DNA from: a virus
Taxonomy: Duplodnaviria > Caudoviricetes
Strand: one strand, 5' to 3'
IMG/VR virus record: IMGVR_UViG_2061766007_002855
Location: 16,722-80,721 of that record
DNA length: 64,000 nucleotides
Below the pieces are notes generated by a model. That model saw nothing but the letters and a program-made list of their open reading frames with translations, ran no database searches and was not told where the DNA came from. The position numbers and the translations under genes are program-made. Positions 8,191-17,924 of the stretch are shown here, in pieces; position 1 is the first letter of the stretch; every line of letters begins with the position of its first letter.

Positions 8191-10173
8191 TCAGAACCCT
8201 TTTTCTACATTCTTCCTTGCTTCATTCATAATGTCATCCAAGTCACACTTCAATTCATGGCACCTCAAACCAATCTTATGCCTTACATCAACAAGAATAT
8301 CTTCATAAAACATTTCATCCCTATCAATCAATATCTTAATCATATCCTCTGCTTCTTTAACCAATTTGATTTCATTATTACTCCAAACATGCTCCAACTC
8401 ACCAGCAGTCTCAGGAGTCAAACCAATACTCTCAAGACTTGCACCATAAATACGAAGAGCATCCTTTGCATCATCAACAGTAGCCACCTCACGCAACTCT
8501 GTCTTAGCACGAGCAATAGTCAACCTTTCAATAGCTTTCAAGTCACGAGCAGTAATAGGTTTAGCACTATCATCTCTTGCTGCAGCACGTCTAGTATTAA
8601 CATAAAAATCAACAAGCAATTTTTGAGCAGATTGATCTAAAACTGGGAAACACTCCATCTTAGCATAAGTGATATACTTCTTGAATAACTCTTCATCAAG
8701 GACATCAACATCCTTCATGAAACTTTCCTTATTCAATAAACTTGTTGCTAACATACGGTCCTTTTCTTCATCAATAGTATCCTCTAATGCGAACACTAAA
8801 TCGAACCTAGACAAGTTACTTTCCGGAATGTCAATTTGTTCTTTGATGGTTTTGAACTTATTAAACCTTGAATATTTAGGATTTGCAACAGCCAATATGC
8901 TTGTACGTGCAGTCATTGTCTGAACAAGATTGGCCTTAGCAGAACTAACGCTTAACTGTTCCATTGGTTCATTCAATGACTTCTGAGTATGAGGACTCAA
9001 CTTATCGTACTCATCAACACATAACAAACCCGTATCGGCAAGTACAACAGCACCCGCCTCAAGTGTCCATGTACCTGTGAGCTCATCCTTCACAGCAGAC
9101 ACAGTAAGACCCGCTTGACTTGTGGATGTTCCACCAATACTCATGATTTTAGGAACACGTTTTTTCAATGCTGCAATAATTTGACTTTTACCAATACCTG
9201 GATCACCAATCAGGAGAACATGAATTGTCCACCTATCCATACTATCAGATTTAAAATTATCATCCAAAGGACGATTACCCTCAAACAACTGTAACAATAA
9301 CCCTTCTTTCACAGTTTTATATCCGTAAATTTCCGGTGCTAATGTATCAACAAGTTTCTGATAGATACCATTACTTTGAGATAATTCTCTGATTTTTTCT
9401 TTATCAGATTCAGTAATCCGATAGTCTTCGAAAGCATCATCAACAGGTGCGATATTATGCAAGTTAATAATGAATTCAAAATCATTCTTATTTGGACTTA
9501 CACGTTCGACACTAAAGACTCCAAGAATATCGCAGACATCACCAGCTTTAAGATTATGCTGTGGACTTGCAAGGTAATCCTGCATATACCCTTTGAACTC
9601 TCTACTGTTACCCCCTTGACGAAACTCCAAAGGTTCTTCTAATTTCACATATCGTATATTATGATATGTTGATGATTCAGGAACCATATCGAAATTTCTT
9701 CCACCACATGATGGGCATAAACTTGGCATTACCACTTGAGTAGAATCAGCAGTATCAATATAATGCATCATACCACAACCCCTGCAAATAAAAGCTGCCT
9801 GTTTAAGTGCAGGAATCGGATCAGTAATGGTTTTAATCATAGCTTTTGTAATGATTAATTCACCATTATATGTAGTGTCCAAGTCATGCAATAGGACATT
9901 TGGTGGTATTTCCACTAATTTCAAGGTAATGTAATTACGTTCTGTTCTTCCATTGTTGATACGATTTTCAACATATTTCATGAACATTTCATAATTATCT
10001 GTTAAGAATTCTTTCCCAGTTTCACGTTTGTAATATTCATTGAGTAAAGGATAATCTATGTTTATTCTTGTTGGCTTGTTCTCGGTTTTAGCCAATTGTA
10101 ATTGCTCATGATATTTACTGAGCACATATCTGAAGAATAATTTTTTTTCTTCAAGGTTATCGTCTTTACTCAA
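8191..10173 (-). CDS. mcm: MCM replicative helicase
   Basis: Zn finger CRGC...CPSCGG, Walker A GDPGIGKSQ, Walker B LCVDEYDK, Arg finger SRFD. Confidence 0.95.
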   Translation of the reverse strand: MSKDDNLEEKKLFFRYVLSKYHEQLQLAKTENKPTRINIDYPLLNEYYKRETGKEFLTDNYEMFMKYVENRINNGRTERNYITLKLVEIPPNVLLHDLDTTYNGELIITKAMIKTITDPIPALKQAAFICRGCGMMHYIDTADSTQVVMPSLCPSCGGRNFDMVPESSTYHNIRYVKLEEPLEFRQGGNSREFKGYMQDYLASPQHNLKAGDVCDILGVFSVERVSPNKNDFEFIINLHNIAPVDDAFEDYRITESDKEKIRELSQSNGIYQKLVDTLAPEIYGYKTVKEGLLLQLFEGNRPLDDNFKSDSMDRWTIHVLLIGDPGIGKSQIIAALKKRVPKIMSIGGTSTSQAGLTVSAVKDELTGTWTLEAGAVVLADTGLLCVDEYDKLSPHTQKSLNEPMEQLSVSSAKANLVQTMTARTSILAVANPKYSRFNKFKTIKEQIDIPESNLSRFDLVFALEDTIDEEKDRMLATSLLNKESFMKDVDVLDEELFKKYITYAKMECFPVLDQSAQKLLVDFYVNTRRAAARDDSAKPITARDLKAIERLTIARAKTELREVATVDDAKDALRIYGASLESIGLTPETAGELEHVWSNNEIKLVKEAEDMIKILIDRDEMFYEDILVDVRHKIGLRCHELKCDLDDIMNEARKNVEKGF

Positions 10174-10186
10174 CTTGTAACATCTC

Positions 10187-11116
10187 CTAATCTAATAATA
10201 GGGAATTTGCTTCATCATATTCTTCAAGAGTGATATTTCCTAAATCAAACATTTTAAATACTTCATCAACCACACCAGATTTAGTGACAGCTTCTTCTGT
10301 TTCACGTATTCTAGATACAGCCTTTTTGATTGTAGCATTTTTATCTGCTAATTCTTTAAGGGAAGATGGTGCTTTTGAAGATGAGTCAGTTGTTTTTTCA
10401 TCTTCATTTTGAACAACTTCTGCAACTTCTTCAATCACATTAGTTTCAATCACATCATCTTCTTCCACTTTCTTTGCCCGTCTTCTTCTACGAGTTTTAG
10501 TTTGTTTAACATCAGAAGAAGAATCAGAACTATTTTCAGAAACAACTTTATCTTCATCAGCATTTCTTGAAGTTCTTTGAACTCTTTTAGGAGTTTCCAA
10601 TTCTTCTGCGGATACTTCACCTGCACCAATAAGGTCCGCTATTGCACGTGATTTTGCACGAGTATGTGCTGTTGAAATCACATCATGTTCCGCATTAGTG
10701 AAACGTTTACGAAGTTCAAAGTTAGATGGCATTTCTTTATCGTCCTTATTGACTTTATCAAAGATACTGCAATCTCCAACTCCAATACCATACCTACCAT
10801 TAGGAAGGATAGCTTTCACTTCAAAGTAAGCAGAGATGATCTGAAAATTATCTTCTCTGATAATTCTATCACAAATTTTTTCATCACTAATATTGAATGC
10901 TCTTGCGAGTTTACGCCAAGCACTTTTTTTCTTTTTACCACTTTGATAATCGTTTTCCTTATCCAGTAATGCTTCAACAAGTCCTTCAAAGTTCTTTTGA
11001 GCTTCTACTGCATAATCAATATCAACTAAATCTAATTGGTTAATATGAGATACTGCAGTAGTATCTTCTACTACTGCAATTTCATTTTCAACTTCAGCAG
11101 GCATCTTAAACTCCAC
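10187..11116 (-). CDS. putative single-strand annealing/recombination protein
   Basis: KKSAWRKLARAFNIS...AHTRAKSRAIADLIG resembles Rad52/Sak-like annealases; disordered C-terminus; sits between SSB-like gene and MCM. Confidence 0.5.
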   Translation of the reverse strand: MEFKMPAEVENEIAVVEDTTAVSHINQLDLVDIDYAVEAQKNFEGLVEALLDKENDYQSGKKKKSAWRKLARAFNISDEKICDRIIREDNFQIISAYFEVKAILPNGRYGIGVGDCSIFDKVNKDDKEMPSNFELRKRFTNAEHDVISTAHTRAKSRAIADLIGAGEVSAEELETPKRVQRTSRNADEDKVVSENSSDSSSDVKQTKTRRRRRAKKVEEDDVIETNVIEEVAEVVQNEDEKTTDSSSKAPSSLKELADKNATIKKAVSRIRETEEAVTKSGVVDEVFKMFDLGNITLEEYDEANSLLLD

Positions 11117-11118
11117 CT

Positions 11119-11475
11119 TTATTCATCATAGTCTATGGCCCTACTTGGGTCTTTTTGCATTTTGTAAATGTTGGTTGGAGAGCGGTCAGGTTGTTGTTCT
11201 AATTGTTTTTCTGTTGGTGGAATTTGTTTGATGAGTTCCACTCTGATGTATTCTCCAATTTTGATTTTTGGAATAAAGCTTCTGAGTTGTGCATGTGCAG
11301 GTAATGTAGTTGTTAATAAGTTACCTTCTGCGTCATCTCCAAGGTCAAGAACAATACGTTCATTATTCCAATCATCTTTTACAATTTCCAAAACATTTCC
11401 TTCAATATCGTCTCCGATTTTTTCAGGTTTCCAATATCTGTCTGCTGCTACAGGTTCTACTTCTTCCCAAGCCAT
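11119..11475 (-). CDS. OB-fold ssDNA-binding protein (putative)
   Basis: YWKPEKIGDDIEGNVLEI...IGEYIRVELI pattern of viral OB-fold SSBs. Confidence 0.55.
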   Translation of the reverse strand: MAWEEVEPVAADRYWKPEKIGDDIEGNVLEIVKDDWNNERIVLDLGDDAEGNLLTTTLPAHAQLRSFIPKIKIGEYIRVELIKQIPPTEKQLEQQPDRSPTNIYKMQKDPSRAIDYDE

Positions 11476-11478
11476 AAT

Positions 11479-11826
11479 TTATTCCTCCATTAAAACTTTT
11501 TCTTTATTTGTGATTACATGAGTATTTGAATCAAATACTGTGTAACAATAAAATTCTAAAAATACATTTTCTGGTAACTCTTCATCATAAGGGGATAATT
11601 TACCACCTCTGATGAGTACTTTTAGCAATGAATCTCCAGGTCTTAACTGGACATGTTCAGGGTTAAATTCAACCCCTAAAATTTTTGCTAAATTTTTCTT
11701 ATCAATGCAGGAATGTGCATTGACAGCTAATTTTTTAAATAAGTCTTCATCGATTTTATGCAAGTCAGCAATTGTATGATTGCCGACTAACATTGTCTCT
11801 GACCATGAAGTTGCTATAAATATCAT
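11479..11826 (-). CDS. DUF1874/STIV B116-like (AcrIII-1 fold) protein, divergent
   Basis: FIATSWSETML...SCIDKKNLAKILGVEFNPEHVQLRPGDSLLKV...EELP follows the family layout but lacks the GH motif. Confidence 0.5.
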   Translation of the reverse strand: MIFIATSWSETMLVGNHTIADLHKIDEDLFKKLAVNAHSCIDKKNLAKILGVEFNPEHVQLRPGDSLLKVLIRGGKLSPYDEELPENVFLEFYCYTVFDSNTHVITNKEKVLMEE

Positions 11827-11833
11827 GTAATTT

Positions 11834-12004
11834 TCACCATCCGTTTACTTGATCCATTACAAGTTTATCAGTTCCTTCGAGATTAGCTGTCTTTTGAGCT
11901 AATCTTTCATCGAAGGTTAATCCGTCATCTGGGTTGTTTTCATCCCAGCAACTTATTATTAGTTCAGTCATATCTTCACATGATTGTTTAAAAGATTTTG
12001 CCAT
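11834..12004 (-). CDS. small hypothetical protein (56 aa, not in ORF track)
   Basis: Hand translation MAKSFKQSCEDMTELIISCWD...NGW*; GGAG RBS, fills gap. Confidence 0.55.
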   Translation of the reverse strand: MAKSFKQSCEDMTELIISCWDENNPDDGLTFDERLAQKTANLEGTDKLVMDQVNGW

Positions 12005-12008
12005 GTTA

Positions 12009-12260
12009 TTATGCTCCTATAATGTATCCTTCAATACTGGTCCATGAGTGGATTCCATTATTGGTTGGATATGATTGTTCATAGACCACTTGGGTAATTG
12101 GTAGATTATGGTTGTCTACTGCTTCTTCGATTTCATCATGCACGTTTCCAAGTGTGACTTCATCGATTTGGATTCCTTGTCTTTCAAGGAATTTGCAAGT
12201 GGAATATGCATCGAATACTGAATCATGAGTGTTAACGTCTTCAAGACAAATAGTTTTCAT
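12009..12260 (-). CDS. hypothetical protein
   Basis: 83-aa ORF with GGAGG RBS. Confidence 0.7.
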   Translation of the reverse strand: MKTICLEDVNTHDSVFDAYSTCKFLERQGIQIDEVTLGNVHDEIEEAVDNHNLPITQVVYEQSYPTNNGIHSWTSIEGYIIGA

Positions 12261-12266
12261 AAAGAA

Positions 12267-12734
12267 TCATTCCTCCCCGAATACTCTTATCAATCTTTTC
12301 CTGGAATCGATACAGTTATTGAAACCCATTATTTTGTGTTGGACAACGGGTTTAATGTGTCTGTTATAAGTGTAATCCTTGTTCTCGGCCATGTAATGAT
12401 ATCTTGAGTAGTTATCGTAGCATTCAAATTTTTTTATGCATAACTCATAGTATTCAACAGTTTCATAATCATCTGGATTGTCAATTTGCAATCTTTTGAT
12501 TTCAATGTTGATCTCTTCCTCTTTGATTTTCCAGAACATAGCTTTCATTTCACAGTAAGCTTTTCTTAATTCTCCAGCTACTTTTGCTATTGCTTCGTCA
12601 TCATTTGAGTCAGCAATGGAGAGTAGTGTTCTTTTTAAGTTGATGTACTGTTTAGTTAATTGGATATGTTCGTTACGGTATTCATCAATGTCAGAGATTA
12701 CAATTGTTTCGAAACTCATCTTCAAAGCCTCCAA
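12267..12734 (-). CDS. hypothetical helical protein
   Basis: 155-aa ORF in operon. Confidence 0.7.
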   Translation of the reverse strand: MEALKMSFETIVISDIDEYRNEHIQLTKQYINLKRTLLSIADSNDDEAIAKVAGELRKAYCEMKAMFWKIKEEEINIEIKRLQIDNPDDYETVEYYELCIKKFECYDNYSRYHYMAENKDYTYNRHIKPVVQHKIMGFNNCIDSRKRLIRVFGEE

Positions 12735-12741
12735 AATAGAA

Positions 12742-12951
12742 TTAACATCCGGTTGCTATGAAGTTCCTCATGCTTCCGCTTTCTACTGCGCTGTGGCCGG
12801 TGAATGCGAAGATTAATGCTCCACCTATTAAGATGCCGAATCCGATTGCAAGGAATATTGCAGCTGGGTGGAGTAACACCCAGCTTTCAAAATTCATTAA
12901 TGGAGAAACATTATCTTGAACTTTGTATAGTCTTGCAGGTTCTTTGTTCAT
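12742..12951 (-). CDS. small membrane protein
   Basis: Start placed at MNKEP (12951; GGTGA RBS, ATGA overlap with upstream stop); TM AAIFLAIGFGILIGGALIFAF. Confidence 0.65.
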   Translation of the reverse strand: MNKEPARLYKVQDNVSPLMNFESWVLLHPAAIFLAIGFGILIGGALIFAFTGHSAVESGSMRNFIATGC

Positions 12952-13313
12952 GCCATCACCTCTTCTTTGAAGTGGCTTATCATGAATAGGTTGTTTCTGA
13001 CAGATTTGCATAATGCTAAATCGCCAGTTTCAACATCTTCACAATTGAGGTTTGCTTTTCTGCATGGTTCGATACCACGAATTGTTTTGACAAAAATAGT
13101 GTTGTCTTCGACTTTGATGACTGGTAACCATGACATGTGTGCAGTTTCTTCTAGGTATTTTGGATTTTCTAGAAGATCATTAACCAATCCGTGGACGGTT
13201 TGATTATTTTTCCTAAGGAATTCTACACCATGGTCCGGTTGTGCATCAAGGAAATTGTATGCTTTATGGGTTGCATTTTCAATTTGAGAGTCTGTGTATA
13301 AAGGAGATTTCAT
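12948..13313 (-). CDS. hypothetical protein
   Basis: 121 aa, ATGA overlaps on both sides. Confidence 0.7.
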   Translation of the reverse strand: MKSPLYTDSQIENATHKAYNFLDAQPDHGVEFLRKNNQTVHGLVNDLLENPKYLEETAHMSWLPVIKVEDNTIFVKTIRGIEPCRKANLNCEDVETGDLALCKSVRNNLFMISHFKEEVMA

Positions 13314-13726
13314 TGAGATACCTCCTCTATGTCATCTCCTAAGTAACTACCCATTGCAGATACTATTTCTTTTTCGTGTTTTTCCGCAGCTATTTCGGCT
13401 TTTAAAAAGGCATCTTCCTTTATTTCATAACCTGCAAAATTGAAGTCATTATTAAAAATAGTAGTGACTTTAACTCCAGCAAGGCGGGCTAATTCTTTGA
13501 TTAGTACATCTTTGTCGTGGATTAAATTTTTTGGATCATCTCTGATAAGTCCAACTTCAGTTATGATGTCGTTTTTGGTTACTTTTCTTGCAGAAGTTAT
13601 GGCTTCTGGAATTTCGTAACCTTCACCAAAACAGTAGTTTTCATCGTCAAGAACAACAAATGTTGGTTTGATTCCATCATTTAATTCTAAAGATAGTTTT
13701 CCAACTGGTGCATTTTCAAAAGTCAT
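13310..13726 (-). CDS. hypothetical protein
   Basis: 138-aa ORF in operon. Confidence 0.7.
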   Translation of the reverse strand: MTFENAPVGKLSLELNDGIKPTFVVLDDENYCFGEGYEIPEAITSARKVTKNDIITEVGLIRDDPKNLIHDKDVLIKELARLAGVKVTTIFNNDFNFAGYEIKEDAFLKAEIAAEKHEKEIVSAMGSYLGDDIEEVSQ

Positions 13727-13728
13727 AG

Positions 13729-14055
13729 TTATGCACCGCCTAATAAAGATTTAGCTAACAAGTGGCCTGCTTCTTCTTGAGCTTCTGGGGATAAATCCCA
13801 AAGTGTCACATTCTGTAACCTTTTAGTTAAAGCAAGATTTTTAGCTTTGAACCTTGTGTTCTCTTCTTTTAGTTCTTCAAAAATAGGTCTACATTCATCG
13901 TATTTGAGTGCTTTATCAAATAGTTGAAGTAGTCTTTCTTCGTCTCCGATGGCTTTGCCATCGATGTATAATTTTTCATTTCTGATTTCTAATGTCACGC
14001 TTTCACGTCTCCATTTTGTTTTGGAAGAAACTGTTCTTGAAATATGTTGCAGCAT
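13729..14055 (-). CDS. first gene of leftward early operon, hypothetical
   Basis: 108 aa; directly downstream of a minus-strand TATA box at about 14101-14109. Confidence 0.7.
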   Translation of the reverse strand: MLQHISRTVSSKTKWRRESVTLEIRNEKLYIDGKAIGDEERLLQLFDKALKYDECRPIFEELKEENTRFKAKNLALTKRLQNVTLWDLSPEAQEEAGHLLAKSLLGGA

Positions 14056-14100
14056 ATTTCAGACGATTTTTTCTTCTCTGATTTAATATTAAACTTTGCT

Positions 14101-14181
14101 ATATATAAAGTTTACTATGATACTGTTTTAATAGTTTCATAGTTTAATGTAAATATAATTAACTTTAAATATGTTTATATA
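14101..14181. promoter_or_regulatory. divergent archaeal promoters with intervening inverted-repeat operator
   Basis: Minus-strand TTTATATA (about 14102-14109) with AGTAAA BRE-like element; plus-strand TTTATATA (14174-14181); between them ACTATGATAC-N10-GTTTCATAGT (14114-14143, 9/10 inverted match). Confidence 0.65.
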
Positions 14182-14230
14182 CAAATATAACATTAAGAAG
14201 TTACTAAAAAAAGAACGGAGGATTAATACT

Positions 14231-14371
14231 ATGGCAAGAGCTCAAATGACATTTGAAATTGATGAAGATTTACGAACCGAAATCAACATAATTGCAAAGA
14301 AACAGAAAACAACTGTTAAAGCCATTATGACAAAACTTGCTGAAGATTTTGTACGTGAAAATAAGGAGTAA
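14231..14371 (+). CDS. ribbon-helix-helix repressor candidate (46 aa)
   Basis: MARAQMTFEIDEDLRTEINIIAKKQKTTVKAIMTKLAEDFV; GGAGG RBS; only clear plus-strand start-bearing gene in the window. Confidence 0.75.
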   Translation: MARAQMTFEIDEDLRTEINIIAKKQKTTVKAIMTKLAEDFVRENKE

Positions 14372-14419
14372 AATTATTTATGATTTTTAATAATTTTTTA
14401 AAAAAATTATTCCATTTAA

Positions 14420-14660
14420 AACTGGCGATAGCATTCGCTAATGTTTTAAAACTTCGCATTCTGTCTGCGACTAATTTAAATTTTCCCATATTTGATTTAA
14501 CAAATAAACAAAAATTTAAATAGTATTTTAACCATAAATTAATATTGGTTACAAAGATACTTTCACGTCTCCAGTGGACTATTTTTAGTAACCGGCAGTA
14601 TAGAGCATGGGGTGTTGCAGCACCATTTCAACCATGCTTTTATATTGCAAATGTTACAAT
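14420..14660 (+). ncRNA. candidate structured small RNA / structured 3' UTR
   Basis: Hairpin 14595-14610/14632-14648 (16 bp, two G-U pairs and one bulge on + strand); GGTTAC/GTAACC (14547/14588); TCGCA/TGCGA stem; no ORF. Confidence 0.5.
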
Positions 14661-15004
14661 TATAATGTCTGTTTTTTCAATTATTTAATACTTGTTTTTA
14701 CAATATATTTTCTGAAATTATATTGTAGATTATTACTACATCATGAATGGTGATCTATTTTTAGTGAGATATGTTTCTTGATGGTTGATTATACTTTGGT
14801 GAAATGAATATATAAACTTTATTATTTAATTTAATTAAACAATGTTCAATAACATAATAATAAAAATAGTTAACTGTCTACTGAAAATTGCAAAAACACA
14901 TGGTGTAAAGATTTAAAAAATCATCAAAAAAATAGTGAAATGTACAAAAAAAATAACCCAAAAAATAGCTGAAAAAAAATAAAAAAATAAAAATATGGAA
15001 ACAC

Positions 15005-16099
15005 TTATTCCATATCCAAATACTGATTTAAAACATTAAGAACACGTTCCTTATGAGTATACAAGTCAGAAACATCTTCAATATCTACCTTCTTACCTTT
15101 CTTACCACCATTGCTTGTAAGAGTGATTTCATCATAGAATTCAACTCTGAGATGATCTGGATTATTGAAGTGTAAACGTACAATCGGGAATCTTTGATTG
15201 TCATCAAATAATATATTGCAGTAATGTTTTCTGTCTCTCATTGCAACACGATTAACATCTAAAATCTCTGAAGCAATAGAACGGATAATGAAATAAGCTT
15301 CTTTTTCTAAATCAGTAGTGATAACTCCTTCTTCATTAATTGATTCTTCAGCTTCAACCGCATTGTTGTCTTCTTGTTGTGTTTCATTGCTTGCAACTGC
15401 ATCAGATAATGTTTTGTTTACTTTTTCATTAATGATTTCATTAACGGCCACAGAAATGATTGTACCGAATTTTTCTTTAACATTTTGAGTTAATATGCCC
15501 TCGTATACTTGTTTTGCAACAGCTTTAATGAACTCATCAGATGGTGCTTCGAATTCAGAGAGTAATGTTTTCTTGATGAGGTTGCGGTATTTCAGATTAT
15601 CTGCACGTGAGACCACTTCATCCACATCAAAGTTCACTTTCTTGAATTTCTCCAATTCTTTAATATCTTTCTTATTCAAACTTAAGAGGTTTATGTCCAG
15701 GAATGGTTTTTCATCCATCCTGTTATTGTCATCTCCAGTTGTGAAGAATTTATATTCCACCCCATTTGTAAGGATTCCGATTTGAATATCTGTTATGCTG
15801 AAATAACGATATAGCTGTGAGATGTTGTCTGTGTTTAATTCATTTGCTGCGGATTTGCATTCAATGAAAACAATTGGTTCACCGTCTTCAAGTATTGCAA
15901 AGTCTACCTTTTCACCTTGTTTGGTCCCTACATCTGCAGTATATTCTGCTCTAACTTCCGCAGGATTTGTGGTATCATAACCCATTAAGCGTAGGAAAGG
16001 AGTTATGAGTGCTATTTTTGTTGTTTCTTCACTATCAATATGTTCGAGTTTTCCTGGAATTGTTTTTGCGAATTCCTTTAATTCATCTTCAAATGTCAT
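15005..16099 (-). CDS. HsdR N-terminal-like PD-(D/E)xK nuclease domain protein (stand-alone, prophage cargo type)
   Basis: EETTKIALITPFLRLMGYD...VRAEY...EKVDFAIL...IVFIECK...GILTNGVEYKFF; no helicase domain; TATA-like TTTATA at about 16151-16156 on - strand. Confidence 0.8.
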   Translation of the reverse strand: MTFEDELKEFAKTIPGKLEHIDSEETTKIALITPFLRLMGYDTTNPAEVRAEYTADVGTKQGEKVDFAILEDGEPIVFIECKSAANELNTDNISQLYRYFSITDIQIGILTNGVEYKFFTTGDDNNRMDEKPFLDINLLSLNKKDIKELEKFKKVNFDVDEVVSRADNLKYRNLIKKTLLSEFEAPSDEFIKAVAKQVYEGILTQNVKEKFGTIISVAVNEIINEKVNKTLSDAVASNETQQEDNNAVEAEESINEEGVITTDLEKEAYFIIRSIASEILDVNRVAMRDRKHYCNILFDDNQRFPIVRLHFNNPDHLRVEFYDEITLTSNGGKKGKKVDIEDVSDLYTHKERVLNVLNQYLDME

Positions 16100-16233
16100 G
16101 TGACTTCACTCCATATTTAGTAGTATGTTAATATGTATATTGTTTGTGGGTATAAATACTTAATAGAAAAATCTATCATCTGAAGATCAATAAAAAAATG
16201 GAATAGAAAAAAAGAGTAAATGAAAAAATGGTT

Positions 16234-16386
16234 TTATTTCAAAATGATTCTTTTTTCAGAAACATCAACTTCAAAACTTTTAGCACCATAAGGCACATTA
16301 TCCAAACTGAAACATAACATGTATTCGTCAGGAATATTTTTAGTTAATTCTCTGAATTCTTTAATGGAAACTTTACTTTCATTCAA
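16234..16386 (-). CDS. small hypothetical protein (50 aa, TTG start, not in ORF track)
   Basis: GGAGG RBS then MNESKVSIKEFRELTKNIPDEYMLCF...RIILK*. Confidence 0.6.
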   Translation of the reverse strand: MNESKVSIKEFRELTKNIPDEYMLCFSLDNVPYGAKSFEVDVSEKRIILK

Positions 16387-16400
16387 ATTAAATCCCCTCC

Positions 16401-16889
16401 TTAAACACTTTCAATAGCATTCACAATAGTAATAGTTCTGTTTAAATCCAAACTTGAAACATGGACATAACCACCATTCTTTAATGGTTTGAATGCACTA
16501 TAATAATTATGATAACTATCTCCTGACGCTATTTCATCATCAAAATGACTCTCATACAAATAAACCCCATCAGTTAAATTCTCATTATCGATTTGTTTCC
16601 AACCTACATAACTAATTTGACTGAATATATCATCAATAGGCCCTGTATAATATCTGATTTTTGATTGATTGATTTCATCATTCTTATATGAGTAACCATC
16701 GTCATGGTCTTTATAGAATGTCCAATTATCATCAATGGTTGTGTTGAATTTGAATGCTTTGGTTTCAACAGTTTTCATTTCAGGACCATTATCAGTAAAC
16801 ATACCTAAAAGGTAAACGTCTGCAACAATTACTCCTGCAATTACAATTATTGTTGCAATTAAAATTAATATTATATTTTTGGATTCCAT
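16401..16889 (-). CDS. membrane-anchored extracellular protein
   Basis: N-terminal TM/signal ILILIATIIVIAGVIVA followed by polar domain. Confidence 0.75.
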   Translation of the reverse strand: MESKNIILILIATIIVIAGVIVADVYLLGMFTDNGPEMKTVETKAFKFNTTIDDNWTFYKDHDDGYSYKNDEINQSKIRYYTGPIDDIFSQISYVGWKQIDNENLTDGVYLYESHFDDEIASGDSYHNYYSAFKPLKNGGYVHVSSLDLNRTITIVNAIESV

Positions 16890-16891
16890 AA

Positions 16892-17509
16892 TCAGTACTC
16901 TCCATAACTTAAATAATTATCACAATTAGGACATTTCGGCAATTGGCCAACGAAAGTATGATTACATTTTGGACAATAGTATTCTTTTACAAATGCTTTT
17001 TGCCAAGCTCCAGGTACAGTAAATAAATTATAAATTACATCTAATGGGAATTGTGGATTGAATCCTAATGCATTCCAAAAATCACTTCTTATGCTTCTGT
17101 TTGTTTCTAATTGGAATCTACGGCCGTCTTGTACTTCTAACCATAATCCATTTTTTATTTTACCTACTGTTGTTACTGCGGATGCATCTATGAAGAAATG
17201 CCTTCCGTCTGCTAGTGCATGTTGGATTATTACTTGTTGTGGAGTGAATTGGACAGTTGCTTTGACTTTTCTCATTTTTGTATTGTCTCCTAACCATGGA
17301 TTGTCAAATGTTCTTGCATGGCCATGTCCGTCGAAATACATCATGCTGTCATTTCTTCTTTTTTGTTCGACTATTGGTAATGTTACTACAAATGGAATAT
17401 TCCCTTTTCTTAAAAATAAGTATACTGTATATCTGTTTAGTAAAGATTTATCCAGTTTATAAGCGCCTGTTTTTGCTTTGAATATATTTCCCAAACCCAA
17501 TTTCAACAC
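16892..17509 (-). CDS. hypothetical protein with C-terminal zinc ribbon
   Basis: CPKCNHTFVGQLPKCPNC; TATA-like TTATAAATAC upstream on - strand. Confidence 0.7.
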   Translation of the reverse strand: MLKLGLGNIFKAKTGAYKLDKSLLNRYTVYLFLRKGNIPFVVTLPIVEQKRRNDSMMYFDGHGHARTFDNPWLGDNTKMRKVKATVQFTPQQVIIQHALADGRHFFIDASAVTTVGKIKNGLWLEVQDGRRFQLETNRSIRSDFWNALGFNPQFPLDVIYNLFTVPGAWQKAFVKEYYCPKCNHTFVGQLPKCPNCDNYLSYGEY

Positions 17510-17924
17510 CTACTTTTTTGGTTTTTATGTATTATAGTATAGTGTTGATAGTATTTATAACAACAAGGTATTCACAACCTTGAAAATGTTTTAAAAAAAT
17601 ATATGCTGCATAAAAAAATGGGGGAAAAGTGATTTGCAATATTTAGTTATAAGAGTGTATGGGAAATAATCATCCCATTCCCATTTATTGATGCAACATA
17701 TATTAGTTCTCTATAGCTCATTTAAAATGTTTAAACCAAAAGTTGGTATGTTCATAACCTATAATAAGAGGATGGAAAGTATTAATATTCTAAAACAAAT
17801 ATATGGAGTGATTTTAGATGAATAAAAAGATATTTTTATTTATGCAATTCCTCCAATCCTCTTTTATTTTAAGATAGGTTATGTTTAATAGTATTGTACT
17901 TTCATTGATACTTTTGTAACAATA

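Noticed and set aside
15005-16099. Complete type I restriction-modification system
   Set aside because: Only the HsdR N-terminal-like domain is present; no hsdM, hsdS or translocase.
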